Origin: Alphaproteobacteria bacterium
GTDB lineage: Bacteria > Pseudomonadota > Alphaproteobacteria > MPNO01 > UBA830
Reading direction: 5' to 3'
NCBI GenBank assembly: GCA_964291215.2
Contig: OZ219790.1
Span: 1,536,001-1,600,000 of the forward strand
Length of the DNA stretch: 64,000 nt
In this document: positions 22,154-33,499 of the stretch, piece after piece
Layout: each line of letters begins with the position of its first letter
Numbering within the stretch: position 1 is the first letter of the stretch
Program-made: the position numbers and the translations under genes
The notes under the pieces: model-generated
Seen by the model: only the letters and a program-made list of their open reading frames with translations
Database searches by the model: none
Told to the model about the DNA's origin: nothing

Positions 22154-23539
22154 ATGGACGGAGCATTTGGCGAGATCCGGGATGCCGTGGACATCCTGAA
22201 GCGGCGTTTCGGCGACCGGCTGACCACCAATGCGAGCGTCTGCGAGCGCCACGGTACCGACGAGTCCTATCATGCGCCCAAGGCACCGGACGCGGTGGTG
22301 TTCCCCGAGACGACTGCGGAGGTGATGGAGATCGTCGATGTCTGCCGGGACCACCGCGCGCCGCTGATCCCCTACGGCGTCGGCACCTCGCTCGAGGGGC
22401 ATATCGCCGCCCTGCATGGCGGGGTCTGCATCGACCTGGGGCGCATGAACGATGTGCTCCGGGTCAATCCCGAGGATCTCGATGTCACGGTCGAGCCCGG
22501 CGTGACGCGCAAGCAGCTCAACGCCTATCTCCGCGACACCGGCCTCTTCTTTCCCATCGACCCCGGCGCCGACGCCACCATCGGCGGCATGACGGCGACC
22601 CGGGCGTCGGGAACCAACGCGGTACGCTACGGCACCATGCGCGAGAACGTGCTCTCGCTGTCCGTCGTGCTCGCCAACGGGTGCCTGATCCGGACCGGCA
22701 CCCGCGCCCGCAAGTCGTCCGCGGGATACGACCTGACCCGCCTCTTCGTAGGTTCGGAGGGCACGCTCGGCATCATCGTCAAGGTCACGCTCAGGCTCTA
22801 CGGCATACCGGCTGCGGTCTCGGCGGCAGTCTGCACCTATCCCACGGTCGACGACGCGGTGCGGACCGTGATCGAGACCATCCAGTCGGGCATCCCGATC
22901 GCGCGGATCGAACTCGTCGACGACATCCAGATGCGCGCGCTCAACAACTTCTCGGGACTCGGCTACCGCGAGCGCTCGACGCTTTTCTTCGAGTTCCACG
23001 GCTCGGAGTCCGGCGTCGCCGAGCAGGTCGAGGATGTGCGCGCGATCAGCGACGGCCATGGCGGAGATGACTTCATGTGGGCATCATCGACCGAGGATCG
23101 CAACAAGCTGTGGCAGGCGCGCCACGACGCACACTATGCCAACATGCAGCTGCGGCCGGGCGCCAAGGCGTGGCCGACCGATGTCTGCGTACCGATCTCG
23201 CGGCTCGCGGAGTGCATCGCGGAGACTCGCGCCGACATCGCCGAATCCGGCCTTCTCGCGCCCATCGTCGGGCATGTCGGCGACGGGAATTTCCACATCG
23301 ACATGGTTCTCGACCCCGAGGACGCGGAAGAGGTGGCGCGGGCGCGGGCGCTCAATGCGCGGCTGGTGTCCCGCGCGCTTGCAATGGAGGGCACCTGCAC
23401 CGGCGAGCACGGCATCGGTTACGGCAAGATGGAGGATCTCGCCGCCGAGCACGGCGACGCCCTCGACGTTATGCGCGGGCTGAAGCAGACGCTCGATCCC
23501 TTCAACCTGATGAACCCCGGAAAGATCGTGACGGTCTGA
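22154..23539 (+). CDS. FAD-linked oxidase, D-lactate dehydrogenase (cytochrome) family
   Basis: GTSLEGH, DPGADATIGGM, GSEGTLG, GHVGDGNFH and TGEHGIG motifs. Confidence 0.92.
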   Translation: MDGAFGEIRDAVDILKRRFGDRLTTNASVCERHGTDESYHAPKAPDAVVFPETTAEVMEIVDVCRDHRAPLIPYGVGTSLEGHIAALHGGVCIDLGRMNDVLRVNPEDLDVTVEPGVTRKQLNAYLRDTGLFFPIDPGADATIGGMTATRASGTNAVRYGTMRENVLSLSVVLANGCLIRTGTRARKSSAGYDLTRLFVGSEGTLGIIVKVTLRLYGIPAAVSAAVCTYPTVDDAVRTVIETIQSGIPIARIELVDDIQMRALNNFSGLGYRERSTLFFEFHGSESGVAEQVEDVRAISDGHGGDDFMWASSTEDRNKLWQARHDAHYANMQLRPGAKAWPTDVCVPISRLAECIAETRADIAESGLLAPIVGHVGDGNFHIDMVLDPEDAEEVARARALNARLVSRALAMEGTCTGEHGIGYGKMEDLAAEHGDALDVMRGLKQTLDPFNLMNPGKIVTV

Positions 23540-23590
23540 CTGGACGGCGCGCTTCCGCGCGCACCCCTTCTTCACGGAAAAGGCTCGGCC

Positions 23591-24460
23591 ATGCGCTGGA
23601 TGAAGCGGCGGGAGGCATTCCGCGCAGTCCTCGAGGGTGACGACTGCATCTTCCCGGCCTCGGTGTGGGATCCGCTGTCGGCATGCATGGCGGAGGATCT
23701 CGGATTCGAGGCCGGCATGTTCGCGGGATCGGTGGCCTCGCTGGCCGTGCTCGGCGCCCCCGACCTGGTAGTACTCACGCTTTCGGAGTTTGCGGAACAG
23801 GCCTGCCGCATAGGCCGCGCCGCCGAACTGCCGCTGGTCGTCGACGCCGATCACGGCTACGGGAACGCGCTCAATGTCGGACGGACGGTCGAGGAGCTGG
23901 AGATCGCCGGCGTCGCGGCGCTGACCATCGAGGACACCGAATTGCCGCAGCCCTATGGCACGGTGGGCGCGACGCGCCTTCTGTCTGTCGAGGAGCTCGC
24001 CGGCAAGATCGGGGCAGCGCTTGCAGCCCGCCGCGAGCCTGCACTGGCGATCATCGGACGCACGGCGGCTGCCTCGGTGACCGGCATCGAGGACGCGATC
24101 CTGCGCGCCAAGGCGTGTCGGGCCGTCGGCGCGGATGCGCTTTTCTTCACCGGAATCGCCTCCAAGGAAGAGGTCGCGATGATCGATGCAGCTCTCGACG
24201 GGCCGTTCGTCCTCGGCGGAGGCGGTATCGCGGACGCCGGCCGCAACTTTCTCGGGACACACGGCGTCCGGGTCTGCCTTCAGGGGCATCTTCCCATCAG
24301 GGCTGCCGTACAGGCGGCCTGGGACGCGCTGCGCGCGCTACGCGACGGTACGCCGCCCGAAGACCTTGGCGGCATCGCATCCGAGGAGTTGATGAAGCGG
24401 CTGATGCGCGACGCCGATCACAGGGAGCGGATGCGCGCGTTCCTGATGCCGAAGTCCTGA
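23591..24460 (+). CDS. Oxaloacetate decarboxylase-like, ICL/PEP mutase family
   Basis: MFAGSVAS..VLGAPD, VDADHGYGNALNV and TIEDT.LP motifs. Confidence 0.85.
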   Translation: MRWMKRREAFRAVLEGDDCIFPASVWDPLSACMAEDLGFEAGMFAGSVASLAVLGAPDLVVLTLSEFAEQACRIGRAAELPLVVDADHGYGNALNVGRTVEELEIAGVAALTIEDTELPQPYGTVGATRLLSVEELAGKIGAALAARREPALAIIGRTAAASVTGIEDAILRAKACRAVGADALFFTGIASKEEVAMIDAALDGPFVLGGGGIADAGRNFLGTHGVRVCLQGHLPIRAAVQAAWDALRALRDGTPPEDLGGIASEELMKRLMRDADHRERMRAFLMPKS

Positions 24461-24528
24461 GCCGACTGCCGATCCGCCACGCGGCGCAGACAGCGGCACC
24501 GGCGGGCCGAGGCTGACGGCAGACCAGC

Positions 24529-26500
24529 CCCTTTCAACATCCCACACTTATACAGGTATCTCATTCCCGCCTTCTCTCGCCGAGTGCGTCGCGCACCTGG
24601 ATCGCCCGGTGCAGCCGCTCGAGACCCCGCCAGACCTTATTCGTTCCCGGGAGCGATTGCCGCGCGGCAAGAGGCGATCCGACAAGGCGTCCGAGATCGA
24701 TGACCACCGCCCTGATGTCGGGCGCCTTCCCGTTCGCCATCCTCACGACGTTGCGATGACCCTGCGCTTCCGGCAGCGTGTGGAGCAGGCCGATGTCCTC
24801 CTCCGCAAACACCTCGCTCGCCGAGGTCGAGGGATGCTCCCGCGCGAGGACGGTCAGGACGTGGATGGCGAGGCACTTCTTCAGATCGTCGGCCCGCCGG
24901 CGGTCCTTGATCCGGGTCTTCAGCGTGCGGAACCAGGTCTCGATGCGCGTCCGGTACCAGCCGGTCGCCGCATGCACGGCCTCCGCTTGCGCCGGGCGCT
25001 CGGTGGTCAGCAGCGCCTCGTCGCCGTCTCGCTGGCCGCGAACATGGACACAGGCGTCGCCCTCGCGGTGCGGCGGCGCCACCTGTGCGGATCTCGAGAC
25101 GGACAACGCGCTCCTTGCGGGCGCGCGGGCCGCCGGGATCGTCAGCTCCGTCACGGGCCGCGACATGCTCCCGCAGGCACGCCTCGTTGCCGTCCGCACG
25201 CGCTGTCTCGCGCGCACCAGCAGCGCGGCCCTGGCGTCCGCAGCTCCCGGAAGTCGCCCTCGCAGACCACCCGCGTGTCCGGGCAGGCCGCCGCGAGCTC
25301 CCGTGCCCGCCCGGCGACCCGGCTGTCCTCCCCGGGCTCCTGCCGGAAGGCCGCGTCCATCAGGCCCGGGGGCCGGCCCTCCGGCGTCACCGCCAGACCA
25401 GCGAGACCGACACTCCCCTTGCCGCCCCCGTCCGGACCCTTCGTCGACCCCGGGCCGCTGCAGTCGAGTGCTGTCGTGTCCTGTATCGCAAGAGGCTCTG
25501 TCCGACAACGCTCGACGGTCGCCTCGACATGCGCCTCCGGAACGTGCTCCATGGAGATCCTCGGGTTCGACAGCAGGCGGCCTTCTGCTCCGCCTTCTCG
25601 GGAAAGATGACCGGCAGGTCCTCCCCCATGTTCTCCATCCAGGCCCATGTCAACGATGCGCCGCCGCCCGTCGGCGTGCGCCCGTACTCCCGGTCCGCGT
25701 CAGTGCCGTCACAGGCGCCCTCCAGGGCGCCGAGTGGATGTCGCTGTCCCGTGGAGCGCCAGCCGCTCTCCAGCGCCAAGCCCCCTCGCCGCGGCGCCCC
25801 CGCCCGGCCACGGTCCAGCCGGCGCCGTGGCAGCGGTAACCGCTCCGCGCCGACATGAGTACAGGCCGCCACCGGACGCACCGCGGGCCTCCCGATCGTC
25901 GGCGACGCGCTCCGCCGCCATGCGCAGGACCCCAGCCCGCAGACCCGGACGCCGGGAAAAAACCGATGATGGCAGATCACGCGCCTGATGTTGGCGGCGC
26001 GGGCGTCGGCAGACCATCCACTTGTCCCGCGCCCGCCAGGTCGCGAAGCCGATCCCGCGTGCCGTGGTGCTGCGAGCAGACCCGGTAGCGTATCTGGCCG
26101 CCGGGGCGTCCATCCCGGCGGGTGGTGCATCGCCATCATCGCCTCCCGGAGCCGGCGATCGTCGGTGCCGCCCACCGGCGAGACCGGGCCGAGATCCTGC
26201 AGCAGGCAGGCGAGCGTCATCGGACGGGACGGCAGGCACGACGGTCGGGGACGCTCCGCGGCAGCTCGAGACCCACGCGCTCGACGAGCGCCGGCAGCAC
26301 CTGCCGCCGACAGGCACGGACGACCAGGCGCGTTGCGCCAGCCGGTGCGCTCGCAAAGCTCGCGAGCCAGACCGTGACGGGTGGCGGAGCGCGCCGACGA
26401 ACCAGTCAAGTGTCCGTGAATCGAAATGGCGGAGACCGACCTGCATGCCCGCAGCATGCACAAAACGAATCACCTATACAAATCTGACGCTTTGAAAGAG
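24529..26500 (-). mobile_element. IS4-family (Tn5-like) element with N-terminal DUF4338 domain, heavily deleted
   Basis: Imperfect 28-bp TIRs (CCCTTTCAACATCCCACACTTATACAGG / CTCTTTCAAAGCGTCAGATTTGTATAGG); fragments LARELCERTGWRN, WSADARAANIRRV, AIQDTTALD, VCEGDF and IETWFRTLK. Confidence 0.85.
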
Positions 26501-26510
26501 CCGGGGCCGC

Positions 26511-27488
26511 CTATTCGGCGGCGAGGGCGGGGGCCGTGAGTCCGAAGGCGCCGCTCGTTCCGATTCCTGAAGCGTCCATCGCCTGTTCAATACGGCGGAT
26601 TTCGGCTTCGTCGAGCTTGACCAGCGGCGCACGGACGACGGCAGGGCCGGTCATCCGCCCGAGCAGGACCAGGGCTTCCTTCATCCGGTTGTGCATGTCG
26701 CCGAACGGATCGCAGTAGAAGACCTGCGTGGTGTGATAGATGCGCGCCGCGATTTCGCGCGCGGTGCCGAGGTCGTCGTTGCGGACAGCCCGCAACAGCG
26801 CCACATGCAGGTCGGCAATAACCGAGCCCGCGCCCGAAAGGAGGCCGTCAGCCCCCATGACCAGCGACGACATCAGCCAAGCGGAGTTCGTCGACAGCAC
26901 ATTGACCCGCCGCGACAGCCCATGCAGCGTCTGGATGTGGCGGTCGTGGACTTGGGCCGGCGACCAGTCCTTGATCGCCCTGATGTTCGGAACCTCCTCG
27001 CATATCTGCACCAGCGTACCGAGCGGGTAGGCGAGTTCGTTCGCATACTGGAACACGATTATCGGAAGTGACGAGGCGTCGGCGATCGTCTTCATGTGGA
27101 TGACGCCCATTTCGGGACGGTGGCGGATGCCGCCCATGCCGAGCGAATTGGGCGGAAAACACAGCAGCGCCGAGGCGCCTTCGGCCTCGGCCATCCGCGC
27201 AATGCGCGCGGCCTCGAGGCTACCGTCGGCATAGACGCCGCAGATCAGCGGCAGGCGGTCGCCGACCTCCTCGGCCGATTCGGCCATAACGCGCGTCTGC
27301 TCTTCGAACGAACAGGCGTGCACCTCTGAGGCATGGCCGTTGACGGTGATCGCGTCGACGCCGTCGGTGGCTGCGACGAAGGCGAGATGCCGGCGGGTTT
27401 CGGCCCAGTCGAACGCGAAGTCCGCATCGAATGCGGCGAGGGTTGCTGGAATGACACCCTGGGGCACATAGTCCCTGAAACCGGCCAT
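26511..27488 (-). CDS. Dihydrodipicolinate synthase (class I aldolase) family protein
   Basis: GVIPA, NGHASE, FQY, Schiff-base IKDW and VRAPL motifs. Confidence 0.88.
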   Translation of the reverse strand: MAGFRDYVPQGVIPATLAAFDADFAFDWAETRRHLAFVAATDGVDAITVNGHASEVHACSFEEQTRVMAESAEEVGDRLPLICGVYADGSLEAARIARMAEAEGASALLCFPPNSLGMGGIRHRPEMGVIHMKTIADASSLPIIVFQYANELAYPLGTLVQICEEVPNIRAIKDWSPAQVHDRHIQTLHGLSRRVNVLSTNSAWLMSSLVMGADGLLSGAGSVIADLHVALLRAVRNDDLGTAREIAARIYHTTQVFYCDPFGDMHNRMKEALVLLGRMTGPAVVRAPLVKLDEAEIRRIEQAMDASGIGTSGAFGLTAPALAAE

Positions 27489-27669
27489 GATGCCTGCTCC
27501 CTGCTTGCTGGTGGCGGAAACCCTATCGGAAAGCGCGTTTCATGGCAACAAAACGCGACACAAAACGCAGGCCCTGCCGACATGACGCGCGCTTCGGGAA
27601 CGAGGCCTCGAAGAAACCCGTCGGAGTGCCGCCGCTGCGGCGATTCCGGCGGCCCCTGGCCGGACCGCG

Positions 27670-28563
27670 TCATGCGTTCGGGCTGCGGAGGCTCACGCGT
27701 CTTTCCCGATGCCAGACATAGAGGCCGCTTCCGATCACGATTATCGCGCCGGTTACGGTGAATTCGTCCGGAAACTCGCCGAACACGGTGATGCTGATGA
27801 CGGTTACCCATATGAGCTGGGTATAGAGGAACGGCGAGAGGGTCGAGACGGGGGCGACCTCGAACGCGCGGATCAGCAGGTAGTGGCCAAGACCGAACAG
27901 GCAACCGGTGGCGACCATCACTACCCAGGCAAGGGCGTCCGGAGACGACCAGAAGAAGGGAGCGATGCAGGTCATGACGAGGACGCCGACCGCCGAAGTC
28001 CAGAACAGGCTGGTCCGCGTGTCCTCGCTCCGTCCGGCGATGCGCGTCATGATCTGGTAGAGCGCATAGCAGGCGGCGGTCACCAGCGGTAGAACTGCCG
28101 CCCAATGCACGATGCCGAATCCCGGCCGGATGATCACGAGAACACCGCAGAATCCGATCAGGATCGCGATCCAGCGGCGGATGCCCACCCGTTCCCCGAG
28201 GAGCGGGATCGCCAGCGCGGTGACGAGCAGTGGGGCCACGAAATTGATGGCCCCCGCTTCGGGAAGGGAAAGGTACTTCAGCGCGGTAAAGAAGGTCGCG
28301 GTCCCCAGAAGCAGCGTCACCGACCGGGCCAGATGCAGAAAAGGGCGCTTCGTGGCAATCTGGCGCAGCACACCGCCGCGGGAAAAGACCAGCAGGAAGA
28401 TCAGGGCGTGGAAGGTGTAGCGCGCCCAGACGATCTGCACGATCTCGTAGTCGCGGGCAAGGATCTTGACGCATGCTTCGCCGAGGCCGAACAGTCCCGC
28501 GCCGGCACATATCAGCAGGATCCCGAGCGGCGGATTCTCCGCGCGTCGGGCCGTCATCTGCAT
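27670..28563 (-). CDS. DMT/EamA family transporter
   Basis: About ten hydrophobic segments; LLGERVG.RRW and GVLVIIRPG motifs. Confidence 0.9.
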   Translation of the reverse strand: MQMTARRAENPPLGILLICAGAGLFGLGEACVKILARDYEIVQIVWARYTFHALIFLLVFSRGGVLRQIATKRPFLHLARSVTLLLGTATFFTALKYLSLPEAGAINFVAPLLVTALAIPLLGERVGIRRWIAILIGFCGVLVIIRPGFGIVHWAAVLPLVTAACYALYQIMTRIAGRSEDTRTSLFWTSAVGVLVMTCIAPFFWSSPDALAWVVMVATGCLFGLGHYLLIRAFEVAPVSTLSPFLYTQLIWVTVISITVFGEFPDEFTVTGAIIVIGSGLYVWHRERRVSLRSPNA

Positions 28564-29000
28564 GGAAGGCAGACCTTGGACGGTTTTTGCGCAGAGGCAA
28601 TGCTGTGGGCGGCAGGCGCCGGAGCGCCGTTCAGGATGGCGGCGCCCTGAGCGGATTCCGGATCCGTTGCCGGCATGCCGCCGGAACACTGGCGACCTGC
28701 CAGATATTCCAGGAGGTGTCGGGGCAGTTCGGACAGTGTCGTGTCTCGGAGCGGCGTCATCAAGATTTTCGGCTTTGGATCAGGGCGTCCGGCGGTCATG
28801 TCTTTGCCGACGGCCCTAGCACAAACGGGCGGGCGGGGATCGATGGCTGCCGCAGATCGACCGGAGCGGGTCGACGGGAAACGCTGGCCATGACCGTCCG
28901 AAGGCGCTGTTCGCTATGCTGAATGCCGCTCCGACAGAAAGGACCATATCCGCATGCGCCTGCGATCGCAAGAAACGGCAATTTCCGTACCAGGCGGAAG

Positions 29001-29617
29001 AGTAATCCTCTCCCGTCGAAGTGGTCCACCCTCAAGTTCAGACGTCCTGACCTCGGCTTTGATTTCTTCCAATCAGGGTGATGCTTCTGGGCCGAGTTTG
29101 CGTGCGTTGTCTGGCAGTTCGTAGATCATGCGGAGGCCGGTTCCGGAGCTTCTTCACCGCCCGCTGCACGGTTGCGCGGCTCACGCCGCCTGCAGATCTC
29201 TTTGAGGAACAGGGTGCCTGGCGATCCGCAGCAGCATCGCCAGCCGGTCGCCCTCATCGTGGCAGGGCTCCATGTTCGAGAAGTAGACGGTCTGTCCGTC
29301 GACATCGGCAAGGGAGAAGCACGAGGTTCCGATGGCTTCAGGAGGGTGAAGCGCGAGCGTGTTCATGGCCGGGATTATCCAATTACAGGCATCATGGTAT
29401 ATTCGGACCATCATGCGGCTATGTTGCCAAGCAAGAACCGGGAAAATCGTTCATTGTGTTGAAAAAAGGGGGCCCGGACTGATCAAGTCAACTCACGAGG
29501 TCAGGACGTCTGAAGTTATGGAAAGAGGAGGACCGACGATAGCAAGGAAACGTTACAAGGCTGAGGAGATCGTGGGGCTGCTGCGGCAGGCAGAGGTCCT
29601 GCACGGGCAGGACATGT
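29001..29617 (+). mobile_element. IS3-family left end and orfA start, interrupted by a MITE and truncated by IS66
   Basis: GTAATCCTCTCCCG..AAGTGGTCCA end, GAGGAGG RBS, RKRYKAEEIVGLLRQAEV. Confidence 0.65.
29039..29512 (-). mobile_element. 474-bp MITE of the CAGACGTCCTGACCTCG family
   Basis: Perfect 17-bp TIRs; 5-bp target duplication AAGTT (29034-38 / 29513-17); fuses the 5' and 3' parts of the transposase gene. Confidence 0.92.
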
Positions 29618-30443
29618 GTAAGCGTTCGTTCGTGCGGTGATGACGATCTGCGCTGAGGTTTATTTTGGTGATTCGGAGAAGGGGGGTAATCGGAATTCGG
29701 CTGTACTATCAGGTCGTGCATGGTCATGAGCACCGAGGATTTCGTGTCATCATCGGGTGCGGACGCCGCTGGCGATGTGCCGCAGTCGTCGTGTCGTGAT
29801 TCGGCCACTTGGAAGTCCCGGTACGATCGCGAGCGTATTCGAGCCGAGGCTGCGGAGGGTCGCTGTGAGGAGCTGCGCTTGCAGGAGGTGGAGGGGCGCA
29901 GCCGCACGAATTCCCTGAAGGCGATTTTCGAGAGCAATCGTGAGAAGCTGGTAGCTGCCCGTGCGGAGGTCAGGGAAGTTCGGCGGACGGCGAAGCAGTC
30001 TCTTGCGCTGGAGCAGGAGGTTGCGCGTCTGGGCCAGCTTCTTGCCGAGGCCGGCGTTGATGCGCGGAAGCGGTCGACGGTGGTGTCGCTGCGCATGGAG
30101 AAAGCCTGCCTGAGGGCCGAGACGAAGGCGCTGAAGAAGCGGGTTAGGGCGCTCGAGGCGGAGAACGACAAGCCTCGTTCGAGCAGGTCGTCGAAGAAGG
30201 GGTAGCGGGCGTCATCGAAGCGCGGCCGCGGCCAGCACAGGATGGCGCTCAGCTCCTCCTCCGCAGCGCCGGGACAAAACCGCGACCAATGCGGAAAACA
30301 CGGCATGGCGCCAGTGCTCGCCCAACCTCACCGCGCATCCCGCCCAGCCGTGCACGAAACTGCTCCGGGTGACGCTGGAACTCCCTGACACAAACCCGTC
30401 AAACGGACTGAAACAACACCCCACCGTACCAACGAACGCTTAC
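29618..30443 (+). mobile_element. Internally deleted IS66-family element
   Basis: TIRs GTAAGCGTTCGTT / AACGAACGCTTAC; coiled-coil ORF 29720-30205; homologous to 37800-38449 in reverse. Confidence 0.85.
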
Positions 30444-31051
30444 GCACCCGGCGAAACCGCATTGAGCTGAGCTTCGTCCGACAGTTTTGAACTCGCCGGC
30501 CGTGGCGCCGGCACGACCGGTCGGCACTCGACAGACCCCGAACGCTGCGCCCGGCGGCATTTGTTGCCGCTCGCATAGCCCGACCTCGGGCCAAGCGGCC
30601 AGCGACAGCAGAGGACACGCGCACCTCGGGCGCCGGGACAATAGCGAATGCCAATGCGGCCTTGCCCGGCGACGATGGCCGGCCAGATCTGGCCGGCGGT
30701 TGCCGGACAGGAGTTCCGCTGAGTCCCGCCGTCGACATGGGCTGAAAGGGATCCACCGTTTTCGGACCATTGCGGATATCCCGGGAACATTCCGGACGCT
30801 CCCCGACCGTAGGCCATTGCAACGAACGCCGCATTTCGTAGACACCGGGCATTGCATGCGGGCCGCCGCCCGCATCATCCGCCCTGTCCTCGCCACCGAA
30901 CACGCACAACCTGCCTCCGCTTCCCGACGCCTTCCGAAATCCGATCCGCAACCGCACACACCCTGAAGGGCCGCGCCATCTGTCCTCGTGGGCCTTGCTG
31001 CAATACAATTCGGACGGGCCGGACGCGCAGAGCCGCTTGGGGAGAAGGACG

Positions 31052-31738
31052 ATGACTGACCGTTTCGAGGACCACTGCTGGAAGGACATCGTTTCCGCGG
31101 AGATCCTGAAGGTCTACAAACCGTACCGGCGCGAGACCCGGTTCGGCGAACATCCGGCGCTGCTGGCGATCGACCTCTACAATCTCGTCTATCGAGGCGG
31201 AGCCAGAGAGCCCCACGATCTCGTCGATGACTGGCCAAGCACATGCGGACGCCATGCGTGGGACGCGGTCGAACCGACAAAACTCCTGTTTTCCGCCGCC
31301 CGACAGGCAGGCCTGCCCGTCATCTACACGACCGCGCCAACGATGTCGGCCGTGGTCGCCACCAACCGCAGGGTCGGGCACAGCAGCAGTGACGACGACT
31401 ACGGGATATTTGACGAGTTCGCGCCGGACGACACCGACATCCTGATCGTCAAGGAACGGGCAAGCGCGTTCTACGGCACGCCGCTCCTTGCCGAACTGAC
31501 CCGGCGCGGCGTCTCAAGCCTGATCGTCTGCGGCGAAACCACATCGGGCTGTGTCCGCGCCTCGGTGGTGGACGCCTATTCGGCTGGCTTTCATGTGACG
31601 ATCGCCGAGGAATGCGTCTTCGACCGGTCATTGCTTTCCCACAAGGTCAACCTGTTCGATCTCCATCACAAATACGCCGATGTGATGCACACGTCCGAGA
31701 TTCTCGAACACCTGCGGGAGTCGAGCCCCGCGGGGTGA
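31052..31738 (+). CDS. Isochorismatase / cysteine hydrolase family protein
   Basis: ALLAIDL, KERASAFYGT and GETTSGCVRASVVDA motifs. Confidence 0.92.
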   Translation: MTDRFEDHCWKDIVSAEILKVYKPYRRETRFGEHPALLAIDLYNLVYRGGAREPHDLVDDWPSTCGRHAWDAVEPTKLLFSAARQAGLPVIYTTAPTMSAVVATNRRVGHSSSDDDYGIFDEFAPDDTDILIVKERASAFYGTPLLAELTRRGVSSLIVCGETTSGCVRASVVDAYSAGFHVTIAEECVFDRSLLSHKVNLFDLHHKYADVMHTSEILEHLRESSPAG

Positions 31739-32175
31739 ACGGACCGGTCCGCAGCGCCAAGGCGAGCAGGCGGAATCGCGTCTGGAATCCATCACTCCGT
31801 GTCGCCTGACGGAGGCAGCCCCGTAGCGCGATACCACCATTCGTAGCTCGAGCGGCTCTTCCGGCACACGCAGACTGCAGGCTTTGCCTCTGGCGCCCTC
31901 CCATGATCCGGGACTGGCGCCAACCTGTTTCTTCAGTCGTCGTGGACCAAATTTCCGCCGCCGGAAAACCGCCATGACCGATCGTCAGCAGCAAGGTTCT
32001 TCGAACCGCTGCACGCCACCGTCGCCGCCAAAGGCCGCCGCAACCACCCTGCCCCACAGCTGCTGTCTGCCCGAACGGCCGTCGCGCATCCGTTCGATGC
32101 GATGATGCGATGCGCCCGCTTGCTGGGCCCCGGGCCGTCTGGCAGGATGCGCTCATGCTGAAAGAGGGAGCGTCG

Positions 32176-32916
32176 ATGTTCCTGGATCACGTCAGACCCG
32201 GCGGCTGGCGCGCCCGGATAGGGGTTATCGTTCCGCCAAGCAACACCGTCAACGAGACCGAGTTCAATAGGCTCAGGCCGGAAGGGGTGACCTTCCATTT
32301 CACCCGATCGCCGCTTCACGCCGATCCGGCCGCGGACGGATTTGCGGCGATGATGCGCGATCTCGATCGAGCAGGTGGCGATCTCGCGAATTGCGGCGTC
32401 GATCTGGTGGCCTATGGCTGCACCGCGGGATCGATGGCCTGCCCGGCCGACCTGCTCCTCGGAAGACTGCGCAGGGCCTCGGGTAGCGATGCCGTATCGA
32501 CCGCAGGCGCGATCCTCGATGCGTTCGGCGCTCTGGGCATCGGGCGGATCGCGATGGCAACGCCCTACACCAAAGAGACCAACGCACATGAAGCCGGATT
32601 CCTCAAGGGCCACGGTATCGAGGTTGCCGCCACATCGGGGCTCGGGCTCGACGCCACGATGGAGAAGATCCGGCAGATCTCGCGCATCGCGCCGCGGGCA
32701 GTCTTCGACCATGCCCGCGCGGTTGATCGGCCCGAGGCCGAGGCGCTCTTGATCTGCTGCACTGATTTCAACACGATCGACGTGATCGCGCCGCTTGAGG
32801 AGGAGCTGAGCAAGCCAGTGATCACCAGCAACACGGCGACGCTCTGGGCGTCGTTGCGGGCACTCGGGCTCGACGATCGGATCACTTCCTGCGGACGCCT
32901 GCTCCGCGACTTCTGA
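32176..32916 (+). CDS. Maleate isomerase / arylmalonate decarboxylase (Asp/Glu racemase superfamily)
   Basis: RIGVIVPPSNTVNE, YGCTAGS, ATPY, ICCTD and KPVITSN motifs. Confidence 0.9.
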   Translation: MFLDHVRPGGWRARIGVIVPPSNTVNETEFNRLRPEGVTFHFTRSPLHADPAADGFAAMMRDLDRAGGDLANCGVDLVAYGCTAGSMACPADLLLGRLRRASGSDAVSTAGAILDAFGALGIGRIAMATPYTKETNAHEAGFLKGHGIEVAATSGLGLDATMEKIRQISRIAPRAVFDHARAVDRPEAEALLICCTDFNTIDVIAPLEEELSKPVITSNTATLWASLRALGLDDRITSCGRLLRDF

Positions 32917-33499
32917 AGCCGATCTCCCGGCGCGCCCTCCCCGGAAATGCGAACCCGCCGGCCTGCGGCGACGCGGGCCGGCCGCCCGGAACCAGCGGGC
33001 CACCTCCCCCGCCGCGCCACCAGCATCCGACAGTGGAAGCGGCGATTGACGACCCCGTCAGCGGCACAGACCGAATCGGATCCCGCGATGCGGCCCGCAA
33101 CATGTTGTCGGTTGGATAAAACGGCGGAATTTCGGCGATTCGCCGCGCTTTTCAGGGTCGTGTTTCTTTGCTGTTGTCAGGTCCTGTTGTCGCGGTTTCA
33201 GTGTTTGTCTGTTTGTCTCTGTGAATGCCGCCCGTTTTCTTCCCTGTTGTCGTTTCGGTCCGGTTCCGGTTTTTCTGCCGGCATGTGATCCGGGCTCCTG
33301 AGGGTTGTCGGGAGGGTTCTGGTGTTTCGCGGGATCGTCTGCTTCCCTGTCGCCCGGGTCCTGTTGTCCGGGCCCGGCGCGCCCTCGCGACGCCAGCACC
33401 AACAGATCAGCCTCGCCGCAAGGAGCCCTCCCAACGTCAGGACCATCGTCCTCGCGCAGGACCACGACGAGGCCGGAGAACGTCAGAAGAAGAAGGCCG

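Noticed and set aside
25860-26446. Druantia anti-phage system
   Set aside because: The DUF4338-like segment lies inside IS TIRs and is fragmented; no DruE helicase or other partners are present
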